A stretch of 63,978 nucleotides of DNA, counting the filler. It is 8 parts of 8 records of this genome, joined end to end, with 100 filler letters (N's around TTAATTAATTAA, not from the genome) between each part and the next. Parts side by side here need not be neighbours in the genome. Positions count along the whole stretch, not along the records: positions 42,192 to 50,540 come from SRR31147125_15812; positions 50,641 to 58,691 come from SRR31147125_15824; 6 more parts are not named here. One strand, 5' to 3'. This document shows, piece after piece, positions 42,193-53,286 of the stretch. The notes under the pieces are model-generated. The model made no database searches. It worked only from the letters and a program-made list of their open reading frames with translations, and was not told the origin of the DNA. The position numbers and the translations under genes are program-made. Numbering within the stretch: position 1 is the first letter of the stretch; the number at the start of each line of letters is the position of its first letter.

Positions 42193-43857
42193 CCGCCAAC
42201 CGGAAAGCCAATCAATATTGAAATCGCTGGTAAAGACTTCAAAACACTGGGTAGAATCGCTGAAGAAGTCAAAGAGAGAGTAAAAAAGATACCTTTCACA
42301 CAGAATGTCAGAAGTGATTATGAATCCGGTTCTCCGACAATGGCAATCATAGTAGACCGTAAAAAGGCTGCTTACCTCGGTCTCTCTACAAATTATATCG
42401 GCTACCTTATCAGAGCCGCCTTCAATGGAGCGAAAGTCTCCAAGTACCGTGAAGGAGATGACAAGTACGACCTTGTGGTTCGCTTTGATGAAGGCAACCG
42501 CCGTGTGCTCGACACCCTGCGACAGATTCAGATTGTCACCAAAGAACACGGCAAAGTACCACTGACAACTGTCGCTGATATCCAGTATATCGGTGGACTC
42601 GGCAGGATTACCCGTATTGATAACAACAGGGTTGTTACGGTCTCAGCAGATGTTGATAAAACCAAGACCACAGGCTCAGTAGCTATGCACCAGGCGATAG
42701 ATGCTCTGCAGGGTTCTTACCTGATTACTGATTCACAGATACCTGACTGGAATAATTTCCTCAAGAGACTCAAGACAGTATCAGAATCCACAGACGAAAA
42801 ATTCAGCAAAATAAATGAACTGCTGCCTGAGAATATTGTTAAGATAGTTCAGAACAAAGATTCTTCAGCAAACCTCTCACATGATGAGAAAGCAGCTATT
42901 GTCCATGCTCTCAATACCATAATCCCTAATCCAGCGTTATACCATACTGGAGATTATAACCTTGATGAATTCCCAGTTGAAATTGCAGAGGTACTCAAAG
43001 GTGGTGAACAGATAATCAGCTACCTGCCTCCTGCCCAGCTCCAACATCTTAATAGGACTCTGCTTGAAAGCATTCTTGCAGGAAGCCTCAACCCGACAAA
43101 TGCCATGCCGATCAGCTTACCGGCTGGTTATAAATATACCTTTACCGGTGAGAATGAACAGGAAGAAGAATCAACTCGCTTCCTCTCGATAGCACTCAGC
43201 GTAGCCCTGATGCTTATCCTTTTTGTCTTGGTCTCACAGTTCAACTCAATCGCTTACCCAATAGTTATTATGAGCGCAGTTCTGCTCAGCCTTGGTGGCG
43301 CATTCTTAGGCCTTGGTATAGCTGAGATGCCATTCGGTATTATCATGACAGGTGTGGGGATTATCAGTCTGGCTGGTGTCGTGGTAAATAATGCTATAGT
43401 ACTGGTTGACTACACTCTCCAACTCCTGGAGCGTGGTATGCTTCTTAAGGACGCACTCATAGCTGCAGGAGCAACCAGATTCAGACCAGTTCTCCTAACC
43501 GCCTGCACCACAATTCTCGGTCTTACTCCTATGGCGACAGGTTACAGTTTTGATTTCCATAAGATGCAGTTCATTACAGAGAGCGAATCAAGCCAATGGT
43601 GGAGTTCTATGGCAATTCCGGTCATCTTCGGACTACTTATAGCAACAGTACTCACTCTTGTTGTTGTCCCGGTTCTTTTCAGTATAATTAACAGTGTCAA
43701 ACGACAGCTCCAGAATAGCGCCAGAACGATGCATAAACTCAATATCAACTGCGGATATAAATGGTTCAGAGTCTATGATACTATTTTCAGACAGCATACA
43801 GCACACGAATGGAAGATGGAAAAATCCACGAATTTGCTTCACATAACCGTACTGTAA
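42193..43857 (+). CDS. RND efflux permease (AcrB/AcrD/AcrF family, 5' truncated)
   Basis: PPTGKPINIEIAG, LVSQFNS, GVVVNNAIVLVD, RFRPVLLT, GLTPMA. Confidence 0.93.
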   Translation, partial: PPTGKPINIEIAGKDFKTLGRIAEEVKERVKKIPFTQNVRSDYESGSPTMAIIVDRKKAAYLGLSTNYIGYLIRAAFNGAKVSKYREGDDKYDLVVRFDEGNRRVLDTLRQIQIVTKEHGKVPLTTVADIQYIGGLGRITRIDNNRVVTVSADVDKTKTTGSVAMHQAIDALQGSYLITDSQIPDWNNFLKRLKTVSESTDEKFSKINELLPENIVKIVQNKDSSANLSHDEKAAIVHALNTIIPNPALYHTGDYNLDEFPVEIAEVLKGGEQIISYLPPAQLQHLNRTLLESILAGSLNPTNAMPISLPAGYKYTFTGENEQEEESTRFLSIALSVALMLILFVLVSQFNSIAYPIVIMSAVLLSLGGAFLGLGIAEMPFGIIMTGVGIISLAGVVVNNAIVLVDYTLQLLERGMLLKDALIAAGATRFRPVLLTACTTILGLTPMATGYSFDFHKMQFITESESSQWWSSMAIPVIFGLLIATVLTLVVVPVLFSIINSVKRQLQNSARTMHKLNINCGYKWFRVYDTIFRQHTAHEWKMEKSTNLLHITVL

Positions 43858-43870
43858 AGAAATAATAATA

Positions 43871-44827
43871 ATGCCGGAAATAAACAGAGATAAAGACAAT
43901 AACACTGATACTTATTACTACAACCGCTTTGGTAATTACCTCAAAGAGCATTTTGGTGAAAAGGTTCATAAGATATCAATAGATGCGGGTTTTGACTGCC
44001 CGAACCGTGAAGCTGGCAGAATTGAAACAGGCTGTGCATGGTGTGAGAATTCCTCATTCAACCCCAATCCGAGAAATGAAGAGAGATCTGTAAAAGAACA
44101 GGCAGAGATCGGTGTAAAAGTACTCCGTAAAAGAATCGGTGTCAGGCTCTACATCGCTTACTTTCAGGCTTTTACCAATACTTATGCTGATTGCAACACA
44201 CTGTATAATCTTTATACGCAGGCTCTAGAAGTAGATGGAGTCGTCGGCTTGGCAATCGGTACCCGTCCAGATTGTATCGACGCAGAAAAACTAGACATGA
44301 TTGCAGAGCTAACCCGCAAAGCAGACTTCCTCCAGCTCGAGTATGGACTGCAGACAGCAAACAATAAGACTCTCACAGAGATGAATCGTGGTCATACGAC
44401 AGAAGATTATATTAGAGCAATGAAGTTGACTAACAAGCGTGGTATAGACACCTGCACACACATAATAACAGGTCTACCTGGAGAGAGTAATAACGACGCA
44501 TTCAAAACCCTTCAAACAGCGATTGACTGTCAAACTACCGGACTGAAAATACACAACCTCCACATAGTCAGAGGTAGCCGCCTCGGTAGCGAATACCTCC
44601 AGAACCCTTTTCCTGTCCCAACGGAAGAAGAACATGTCAGCCTTGTCTGTGACCTCTTAGAGCATACTCCATTCCAAATCAATATACAACGGTTATGGGG
44701 AGCATCAGCAACCAGAGATAAACATATTACCCCAGACTGGTGTCTAAACCATAACCATGTACGCTATGCTATTGAGCAAGAATTCAAACGACGTAACAGC
44801 AGACAGGGTTGTAAGTTCACCAAATAA
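43871..44827 (+). CDS. TIGR01212 (YhcC-like) radical SAM protein
   Basis: GFDCPNR...GCAWC, YFQAFTNTY, IGTRPDC, EYGLQT, NRGH, LKIHNLH. Confidence 0.93.
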   Translation: MPEINRDKDNNTDTYYYNRFGNYLKEHFGEKVHKISIDAGFDCPNREAGRIETGCAWCENSSFNPNPRNEERSVKEQAEIGVKVLRKRIGVRLYIAYFQAFTNTYADCNTLYNLYTQALEVDGVVGLAIGTRPDCIDAEKLDMIAELTRKADFLQLEYGLQTANNKTLTEMNRGHTTEDYIRAMKLTNKRGIDTCTHIITGLPGESNNDAFKTLQTAIDCQTTGLKIHNLHIVRGSRLGSEYLQNPFPVPTEEEHVSLVCDLLEHTPFQINIQRLWGASATRDKHITPDWCLNHNHVRYAIEQEFKRRNSRQGCKFTK

Positions 44828-44865
44828 CTCACAGGCTCATTCAGCTATTAACCGCATAAAGAAAA

Positions 44866-46213
44866 CTATACTTCCAGCAGTCTATCTATTTCCTCAAGAT
44901 TTTCCCCGAAGACATATACAGCCTCACCAATATATGGTAAAAAATCCATCTCATAACAGGTTCTACTTGTATATCCTGAATATTTATCAGTGCAGTTGCT
45001 CAAGTTGTAAATCTGAGGATATTCTATAGAGTCACAGACACCTTCTTCAAAATGAATAACCACAAAACCTTTTTCTGCCAGCATAACATCTAAATTGCTA
45101 ATTAACTTCTCACTTAAAGCCGCATTACCCTTATTAATGAATAAAACACAGATATCATAACTGCTCTCAGTCCACTCCTCAAGAAAGCCAATACTATTAC
45201 AATTGTCAGTCACAGAAGCAGGAAGAGCCTTTGATCCCTTATTGATCATGACATCCTTAGCGCTAAATAAAGGAAGAATACGATTGACAAATTCCCGTAA
45301 AACCCTCTGACTATATGAAACTCCACACCTCTTGCAGTGTCGATTCTCATCAGCAGTTGTCATGGTATCTTCACCTGCATCATGACACACATTACAATTA
45401 TTCAAGCTCAACACTTTTATATCACTACCTGTATTCATATAACTTGCAATAACAAAAAGCCTCATACATTCCTCATCATAAAATTTACTGAAGAAAGAAT
45501 GCAAGTAATTAATAAAATCAAAACTATACTTGAGTTGCCACTTGACCAATAAAAGATTGAAAACCCCTAAAAGACGCTCAAAGATATTTTCATCTAAAAT
45601 TACTCTACCAATATTTGGCTTTCCCCCAGCAAAAAACTTGCTTTTCGGTAATTTCTTTTGCCCGGGTACAGCACTGAACAACATTGAAGTAACATCACTA
45701 TAAGGCCATCTCGTAACATTGCAACATCGTGAAAAAACACTATAGCATTTTTTTCAGCAATGGAAGCACAGAGAGAAAATCAATTATTTCACCAGGGTAG
45801 ACATGAGTTGTATCAATGATACACATGTCATACTCACTATCAAGCTTATCATGAATACTTGCAGCAGGACTTCCCGTAATTAAAGTCCAATTATCCTGAG
45901 GAGCATTCTTCTTACCAACTTCTTCACCAATTCTGTGATGAACACCAGTTTTAGGATCAGTATATTCACCGATAATATCAACACTATTTAGTTTGGTCTC
46001 AGTATGTCCGGCAAGATTGAGGTAACGGAGCAAAAATGCAGAGGTACACCCAAGCTGTACCCCAACCTCTAGAATTTTCAATGGCTTATACTCTTCAATA
46101 GTCTCAGCAATCAGCAGGTGCTCATTATAAGACATCCCACCCTTACTAAGAAGCTGATGTTTACCATAAACTTCAGTTGTAAATTTTTCAGCGCGCAGCA
46201 TTTCTTTATTCAC
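44866..46213 (-). CDS. Class I SAM methyltransferase (Methyltransf_24-like) with C-terminal extension; split by apparent indels near 45700-45755
   Basis: ILEVGVQLGCTS, IIDTTHVYPGE; a shifted frame continues NAIVFFHDV. The downstream ORF has CxxC...CxxC and a degenerate MTase-like tail. Confidence 0.6.
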
Positions 46214-46278
46214 ACCAAACTCCTCAAAATATAATCTTATCCCATATTAAACAGCTCTAATAGTTCTAGCAATAAATT

Positions 46279-47394
46279 TTACCATGTATAATTTGAAACA
46301 ATCATACGATTACGTCCAAGTCCCTTAGCCTGATATAGATTATCATCAGCACACTTAAGCAATTCATCTGCACTTACATTCTTTACAGACATATTGTTAG
46401 CATCATTACATTCAAGAATAACAACTCCAATAGAGGCAGTAAGGCATTCAGCCACAGAAGAAGCTTTATGAGATATTTTCAGATTCTGAATCATTCCACA
46501 AATATCAGGGATATCACTATTATCGCCATTATCAGTTATAAGAGTAAAGACAAATTCCTCCCCACCAAACCTATACACCCTATCGAAACTACATTTCTTC
46601 AGAGTTTGAGCAACCTCTTTGAGAACGATATCCCCTTCTAGGTGCCCATATGTATCATTATACAGTTTAAAGCAGTCAATATCGAGTATACCAGTAATAA
46701 TCGTCTGCTTTTCATGCATGGCAGACAGATCATTCTTAAAAAAAGCCTGCAAAGCTTTTCTGTTGAAGATACCAGTCAACTGATCACTATTAGCATTAAA
46801 CTTTTCCTCACAAATCGTTTTAAACTGCATCCGGAGTAAAAGGTCAAATTTATAATATATTACGATATTAGTAGCATAAACGAACAAAACATAAAGCAGG
46901 CTGGAAAAATAACTAACCTTTAGAATAACTCCACATAAAATCAAACCAATAATCACTAGTCCCCCAGTAAAGATCTTTTGCTGCACATTCAAAAATGGAA
47001 CAATCATAAAGAAAAAGACAGTAATTATCTGTGCCGCTGGAGAGAAAACTCTAACCTCACCTACCCAGCTATAAGTATCAATAGTAGCCATTAATGCAAA
47101 AAATATATTGGAAAAAAAGAGAGAATATTGTGCTTTATATCCATGAAGCCGGAAGGCTAGAAAAGTAGAGAGTAAAGTAGCAGAAAACAAAATGATTCTC
47201 GGGTAAAAAATAAGACCTAAAGCTTGCTTAAACCCCAGAACATATATATCTGCCGCAGTAATACAGAATAATGCAATCGATATCAGGACACCAATCCCTA
47301 GCACAAACCACTTTGTCTTCTCATGCATCCACTCTACATACTGTTTTTCAGTATTCCTATCAAAGAAATACTGCGAAGGAAATATTTTATGCAT
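46279..47394 (-). CDS. Membrane-bound diguanylate cyclase
   Basis: About 6 TM helices; DQLTGIFNR, DIDCFKLYNDTYGH, RFGGEEF. Confidence 0.93.
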   Translation of the reverse strand: MHKIFPSQYFFDRNTEKQYVEWMHEKTKWFVLGIGVLISIALFCITAADIYVLGFKQALGLIFYPRIILFSATLLSTFLAFRLHGYKAQYSLFFSNIFFALMATIDTYSWVGEVRVFSPAAQIITVFFFMIVPFLNVQQKIFTGGLVIIGLILCGVILKVSYFSSLLYVLFVYATNIVIYYKFDLLLRMQFKTICEEKFNANSDQLTGIFNRKALQAFFKNDLSAMHEKQTIITGILDIDCFKLYNDTYGHLEGDIVLKEVAQTLKKCSFDRVYRFGGEEFVFTLITDNGDNSDIPDICGMIQNLKISHKASSVAECLTASIGVVILECNDANNMSVKNVSADELLKCADDNLYQAKGLGRNRMIVSNYTW

Positions 47395-47570
47395 TTCACT
47401 CTGCCTGTTTATATAATTAAAGTATAAAAATTATAGTCAGGTACAGCTGTATTTCCAGCTTTTTTAAAAATCTTTAAGGTATTATTTCCTGATAATCAGT
47501 AGAGTTATTAATTATCCAGATAAACTGGCCTCCATTCAATCTATTTTCTGATCATAGATTAGTCATATAT

Positions 47571-48059
47571 TCAATGTCTTCTATAAACTGCTGGCCTCAC
47601 CGGTGATATATCAACCCAGAGTCCTACCCTCTGCTCTCTCGCTTTCTGCTCTGCCAGCAACAATTCTTTATCAGTCGAGTACTCCCGATAATACCAAGCA
47701 TAACCAAAAATTACCATCATTAGATTTATATACTTGTGATCACAGGTAATTTTCGCAATTATCCTCTTATACTTATCCTCACCAAATACATACAGAGTCA
47801 CAATCCGTCTACCGATCAGCCTGCTGAGCATATCTTTGGCAGCTTTTCCATACTTCTGCTTCCGCTCAGGCGCATCTATCCCATACAGCCTGACCTTAAG
47901 CTTTTCATTAGAATTAGCCACAATCACATTTATAGTATCTCCATCGACAACCTTGACAACTTCAGCAACAACCACCCGCTGCTGCTCCTCTGTAGCATAG
48001 CAATACTGCATAATTGCTACACAAAGACCCAACAGGAACATTAAACATCTAATTTTCAT
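47571..48059 (-). CDS. Thermonuclease (SNase) family secreted nuclease
   Basis: VVDGDT, VRLYGIDAPE, DKYKR, GLW; signal peptide. Confidence 0.93.
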   Translation of the reverse strand: MKIRCLMFLLGLCVAIMQYCYATEEQQRVVVAEVVKVVDGDTINVIVANSNEKLKVRLYGIDAPERKQKYGKAAKDMLSRLIGRRIVTLYVFGEDKYKRIIAKITCDHKYINLMMVIFGYAWYYREYSTDKELLLAEQKAREQRVGLWVDISPVRPAVYRRH

Positions 48060-48091
48060 AAAGACAATCTCCTATTATAAGTATCAAATAT

Positions 48092-48120
48092 ATAATACTC
48101 AATAACACAAGATCTGTCAA
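48092..48120 (-). promoter_or_regulatory. Sigma-70 promoter of the nuclease gene
   Basis: Minus strand TTGACA-N17-TATTAT, then AGGAGA RBS. Confidence 0.65.
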
Positions 48121-48142
48121 CGTCATTTACATATATCTAAAT

Positions 48143-48240
48143 AAAAAAAGAACGTCAAACTGCCCATCAGTTAGATACGAACAGTACTCGCATGCAAAAC
48201 AGCCGACACCCCAACGGTGCTGGTTGTTATGCTTGCACGC
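48143..48240. ncRNA. Candidate structured small RNA (unassigned)
   Basis: GC-rich island in AT-rich intergenic DNA with a long imperfect hairpin at 48190-48240, a small AACTG/CAGTT hairpin and a T7 tract on the minus strand. Confidence 0.25.
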
Positions 48241-48402
48241 AATATAATTGGTAGTTTTAACTGAAAAGGCAAAACAAATCATAACTCTACAACAATATTT
48301 ATCCTTTGAATCTCTTATAAACGTAAATATCTTAATACTAAATACAATTGCACCAATTACTCAAAACAATTATTGCATAATAATTAACAACAGTATAATA
48401 AA

Positions 48403-48428
48403 TGAGCCACCTGAAATCAGGTGGCTCA
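48403..48428 (-). terminator. Terminator after PEP carboxykinase
   Basis: TGAGCCACCTGA/TCAGGTGGCTCA perfect inverted repeat. Confidence 0.75.
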
Positions 48429-48463
48429 AAATTAACACTCAAACAATTTTCTCAGTTTAAAAA

Positions 48464-50206
48464 CTAAGCCTTGATAGTCATTGCATCTGAAAGCTGTTTA
48501 AGTAGTTCAGGCTGATCTGCTAGCTGATCTGCACCAGCTAGGAAATCACGACGCTGCTGGAAACGGTCTTTAAGAGTAGAAATGTACTCATCGCGGTTCT
48601 CAACAGTATCTGTGCTGTACTTGTCGTAGAATCCAGGAAGGATCTTCTCGATGCTATCCTTAGTAGGAATCTGTGCACCTGGAAGTAGATCCCAATCTTC
48701 CCACTCAAGTGAACTGATAGCAACAGCAGTCTGAAGAGTAAGAGATGTGCCAAGCTTAACGTCTCTAAGTTCTGAGTCACTAGCTTTCCACATACCGCCA
48801 CTATTGAAGCAGAAGCATTCTGCGCCATTTTCAAATACTTTAGCGAACGCAGCAACATCCTTATGAAGTGGATATACGCGGAATGGGTTAGCGTAAGGAA
48901 CAAAGACAAGCTTCTTGAGTTCTTCAGCAGAAACATTTTCAGCCTTGTTACGCTTTGTAATAAGAGCAGCACCCATAGCTACAGCAAGGTTGCTGTCGGT
49001 AAACTTAAGGATCGGTGGAAGACATGTATCTTTCATCAACCATACAAGAGCCTGAGGGAAGCCACATTTGTTAACAACATCACCCACAAGGTCACGGTCA
49101 TAGATTGCGCGACCGTTAGCATTACGGATTTCAAGACCAATGATCTTTCTCTGACCAGCTTCTTCAATCATAGCAGTATTCATAACTGAAAGAGCATACT
49201 TCCACTCTGGGTGATCTAGACCACGCTGGTCTGTCTTGTCAAAGAGGCTAGGCTCCCAAACACGACAACATTTTTCATCTGAGTCAATCTGGAACGCATC
49301 GTCATGAAGAACAACCTTAGTAGTACCCTTAGGCATTGTACCAGCATTATCAAGACTGTTAGTGTGTGATGACTTACCAGTACCTGAAAGACCAAAGAAA
49401 GCAACAGCTCTTTTACCAAGAGTAGCAACCTGTGAATCTTCACAAGCAGAGAAATCAAATTCTTTGATACCACCATGACATGCAGCCATACCAACCTTCA
49501 TGCCGCTAGTCCAAGCAAGTGTAAGAGTACCTTTCTTACGTTCGCCGAAGTAACGCATACCTAGGTTGTAAATAACATTAGCTGTTTCATCTACAAGAGC
49601 AAGCATTGGGTTACCGATGTTTTCGTAGAAATCATCATTACATGTCCATAGGTTATCACCGATAACGATAATATCAAGGATTGGAAGCTTTTTACTTGTT
49701 GCATATTTATCTGCAAGTTCAGCAAATGGTGTGAAGTTAGTCAACCAGCTGAAAATATTAACCGCATCTGTTTTTGCATCACCAATAATTGTTGCTTTAA
49801 TCATTAGATCTTCATCAAGGCCAACAACAGCTTCTGCCTTGATTAGATCGCCACGTAGCTGAAGATCACTAACAGCTTCACGACAATCCTTAAGAACCTT
49901 TTCTCTACCAGTTTCATCAAGCTTATTGAAGAAACGACGAGCTGTTGCTGTACGACCAATAATTCTACCGTGGCAATTGTTAAGAAGTTTAGCACCCTTT
50001 GGTAGGCCTAGACGTTCTGCGGCAGGTGGGTACATCAGCATGTCAGATGCAACAACGTCGCCCTGTAGCTGAGCTAGTTCATAAGCTTCTGCACATGTAA
50101 CTTCGCGTACTTTATCACTTGCAAGAAGTGTTTCAGCAATTGCACGAAGTGGTGGAATCTTGCTAAGATCATCACGGTAGTACTCGTAAGTTGATAGACT
50201 TGCCAT
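48464..50206 (-). CDS. pckA: Phosphoenolpyruvate carboxykinase (ATP), divergent type
   Basis: MRYFGERKKGTL, CHGG, P-loop FFGLSGTGKS, LHDDAF, ANPFR; strongly biased codon usage. Confidence 0.85.
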   Translation of the reverse strand: MASLSTYEYYRDDLSKIPPLRAIAETLLASDKVREVTCAEAYELAQLQGDVVASDMLMYPPAAERLGLPKGAKLLNNCHGRIIGRTATARRFFNKLDETGREKVLKDCREAVSDLQLRGDLIKAEAVVGLDEDLMIKATIIGDAKTDAVNIFSWLTNFTPFAELADKYATSKKLPILDIIVIGDNLWTCNDDFYENIGNPMLALVDETANVIYNLGMRYFGERKKGTLTLAWTSGMKVGMAACHGGIKEFDFSACEDSQVATLGKRAVAFFGLSGTGKSSHTNSLDNAGTMPKGTTKVVLHDDAFQIDSDEKCCRVWEPSLFDKTDQRGLDHPEWKYALSVMNTAMIEEAGQRKIIGLEIRNANGRAIYDRDLVGDVVNKCGFPQALVWLMKDTCLPPILKFTDSNLAVAMGAALITKRNKAENVSAEELKKLVFVPYANPFRVYPLHKDVAAFAKVFENGAECFCFNSGGMWKASDSELRDVKLGTSLTLQTAVAISSLEWEDWDLLPGAQIPTKDSIEKILPGFYDKYSTDTVENRDEYISTLKDRFQQRRDFLAGADQLADQPELLKQLSDAMTIKA

Positions 50207-50445
50207 CGTTTAAATCTCCTAAAAATAGTAAAAATAAAATATGTAACTACTAAGAAATTTGTAACCAAATTCATTAATTTTTAATAATGCATAACACTAA
50301 TACTATAAACTAAATTTTAAAATTTGCAACTCAATTACCCTAAGAATATTTAAAATTTAACATCAGTATCAAATGTCATTTTTTCAATAAAACTGTTCGG
50401 AATATTTTAATTTTTTTATAAAATACTTTTCTGAACATTTGTCAT

Positions 50446-50481
50446 AAAAAAAGGAAGAAGCAAAGCTCCTTCCTTTGTTTT
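50446..50481 (-). terminator. Terminator after oadB
   Basis: Minus strand AAAGGAAGGAGC-TTT-GCTTCTTCCTTT followed by a T-tract. Confidence 0.7.
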
Positions 50482-50486
50482 AAACA

Positions 50487-50540
50487 TTAACGCAATTGCG
50501 AAAGAAGTAAACCAGCAGCAACCGCAGAGCCGATAACACC
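50487..50540 (-). CDS. oadB: C-terminal fragment of Na+-translocating decarboxylase beta subunit
   Basis: GVIGSAVAAGLLLSQLR* matches the conserved OadB/MmdB/GcdB C-terminus. Confidence 0.75.
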   Translation of the reverse strand, partial: GVIGSAVAAGLLLSQLR

Positions 50541-50640
50541 NNNNNNNNNNNNNNNNNNNNNNNNNNNNNNNNNNNNNNNNNNNNTTAATTAATTAANNNN
50601 NNNNNNNNNNNNNNNNNNNNNNNNNNNNNNNNNNNNNNNN
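50541..50640. other. Artificial contig linker
   Basis: N44-TTAATTAATTAA-N44. Confidence 0.98.
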
Positions 50641-51085
50641 AGCGGGAATCCATTGCACTGGCTTATTCAAATTTCCATAAACCACAGGGTCCCGGTATAA
50701 GGAATGTATTACACTCTCTGCTGTATCGGCGTAAGGTGGAGATGATGATAAAAGTCACTTTCCGCGGATCATGGAACTTTTTTGCGCCCATTTCCCATGG
50801 TATGAACAGCTGTAGATTAAGTTAAAAAACAAAAAAAGACAAGAATAGAGTTGTCCAATTTTGAATTAATATTAGATTATAAGAACAGGGGAAAGCAACA
50901 GTGTGTTTTAAATATCGTTTTAATAACTCTCAATAAGCAAGAGATCGAAAGAGAAAGGAATTATGAAAAAGGGGAAATTTTGATCAGGTCAAGCAATCGA
51001 TTGTTCTAAACTAATGGGGACAAACAGAAGAGAGACCGATACAGCAAACCTAAAAACCATGTTGTACACAGTCAGGGAGAAATTT

Positions 51086-52820
51086 ATGATCAGATTAGCA
51101 CATAAAATTACGGCCATATTTATTGTAACTTTACTTTTAACGCTTTTTATTACTTTTTCATACGCCCAAACCGGTCTTGAACAAATAAGAGTCCAGGACA
51201 CAAAAATCTGGCCCACCAAACAGATCGATATCATCCGTTCTTTATACCTGGCTGAAAATGGCATGCCATCCCGTGATGTGTTCCTGCGCACTTTTGGCCT
51301 GGTGCCACTAGATGAAAAAATAACGACAACGCCTTACTTTTCTGCCAGTTTTTCGCTTAATGATGTCATTGAGGTGAATGGGCAACTTTTACCGCGTAAA
51401 GGAGCACAGCCTTTACACCTTGATTGTTATGTGCAAACGGTGAAAAACTATCGTGCCGTAAACATTGCCAAACCCATATGGGACGGACGTGTATATGAAG
51501 ATAATAATAAAATTCTTGTTGGCGGTTATTCCTCAAAATACAATGAGAGGCCTGTAGGTGAAATAGGGAAGAATGGAGAATTTACTCACCCCTGACAAGA
51601 ATCTGGTGAATGAATTTCCTTTGGCACAAATCCCGGCTGAAGAGATTGTGTTTGATCCGTTCGAGTTTAAATTATGTCGTCTTGAATCAAGTAATGGAAA
51701 TCCGGTAGAGGAACAAGCGCGTTCTTTTCTGCCAATTCAGCTGTTTGAAAAGAATGGACAGGCCCGGGACGATATACAATTCCAGGTACAGAGTTCTGAA
51801 AATGCAATAATCGTTCTCCTGGGTTTAGTGGAAAATAAAAATATAGTACTGGCATCATGTGACCTTTTCGATGCAGCCCCAGTAAAAAGCATAAAAGGTT
51901 ACCAACCTGAATTGATCAAAGGATGTACACAGCCTGAAAATGGCAAGGTCGTTACTTTTACATTCAAGGGTGAATTTAGTCAAAATATAGCGCAAAATAA
52001 CGGTATGCTCTTTATAGATAGCCCTGTTTTAACGAAAAAATTGGCATCCAAAGTTGTTTCGGCCAGACCTGAAAAACAAACAGTCAAAATTGATGGTCAA
52101 TTTGATGAATGGCGCAATATTAAAGGCATAAGCGATCCGCAAGGGGATTATGTGTCCTATCTCTACCCAAACCCGGATACCGATATTCTGGAATTTAAAG
52201 TAACCAATGATGATCAATATATGTATTTCTACTCACGCGTCGCCGGCGCACACGGCAGAACCGGTGATACAGGTCGCTATTACTGGTATACCTATATTGA
52301 CGTGGACGGCGATCCCTACACAGGCTATCCACCTACCCGTGATGATAATTGCTATTTTGGCGTGGCCATTGGTGACGATTGTGAAGCTCAGTTTGAATTT
52401 GTCGGTAACAAGTTTATCAAGACCTTTTTTGGTTTTACCGGTGTGGGCACGGAAAAGGAAGCTTTGGCCGGAAAAGTGAAACTGGGACCGTCATTTTACT
52501 CGCCAAAGGATTCCCAGGGAAAAGCCCGGGATCGATACAAGGTGGAATATGTGCACAATAATGGTACTCGAAAAATCACCCATGATTATACCAAAGGCAC
52601 AAGTGAAGATATCGTCATTGCCTTATCTCCTGATGGTTCCGAAGTCGAGATGCGGGTGGAATTTAAAGGTTTTCTGTGGGACGATTCCGGCAAACAAATC
52701 ATGTATCCCGGCAGAATAATGAACATTGCCGTAGGAGCTGAAGGTGCAAGTGATTATTATGGCAGCGACACATGGGGAGCGGATTCTAGTCCTGTTTTAT
52801 ACAATTACGAGATCAAATAG
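51086..52820 (+). CDS. Secreted hypothetical protein with C-terminal CBM9/DOMON-like domain; probably one gene split at the C-run near 51590
   Basis: Signal peptide; removing one C joins GEFTHP to DKNLVNE. KIDGQFDEW, DI...VTNDDQYMYF and YIDVDGDPYTG resemble sugar-binding beta-sandwich domains. Confidence 0.55.
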
Positions 52821-53286
52821 GGGATTGTAAGATAAGAATGGGCGTCTGCCAACCGAGTATTATTTTTCACATTAATATGTGGTTTGTAAGGGTTGCCAGA
52901 TGTCCATTTTCTATTTAACCGATATAGACATAACATCTTACCGGGCATTCATGTATCTTTCCTTTTACCTGATTTGCCAATATAATATTTTTAGTATTGC
53001 ATACAATTTTCTTGCTATTCATGCACTATTTTCATAAAGTACAACTACTTCACATCAGTAACGAAATTCATAGTCCATTCTCAACTTTTGGCGAATTTTT
53101 TGACAGGGGCGTTCTATAGAAAGATTCGACTCAATATACTAATAGATAGCACATAAACTTTATAATTTTCTTTCGTATTGAATGCAGGACTTTTCATCTT
53201 TTATTTTTATATCCGGCACGTTTGATTTATATAAAAAGATTAAAAGCAAAAAGTTCTATAAGACAAAAACCAGGGAGCCAGAACGT

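Noticed and set aside
43871..44827. Radical SAM enzyme as part of a novel biosynthetic cluster
   Set aside because: It is the widespread TIGR01212 family with no precursor peptide or SPASM domain.
50641..50825. 3' end of a gene at the start of contig 7
   Set aside because: Reading frame is ambiguous and no motif is recognisable.
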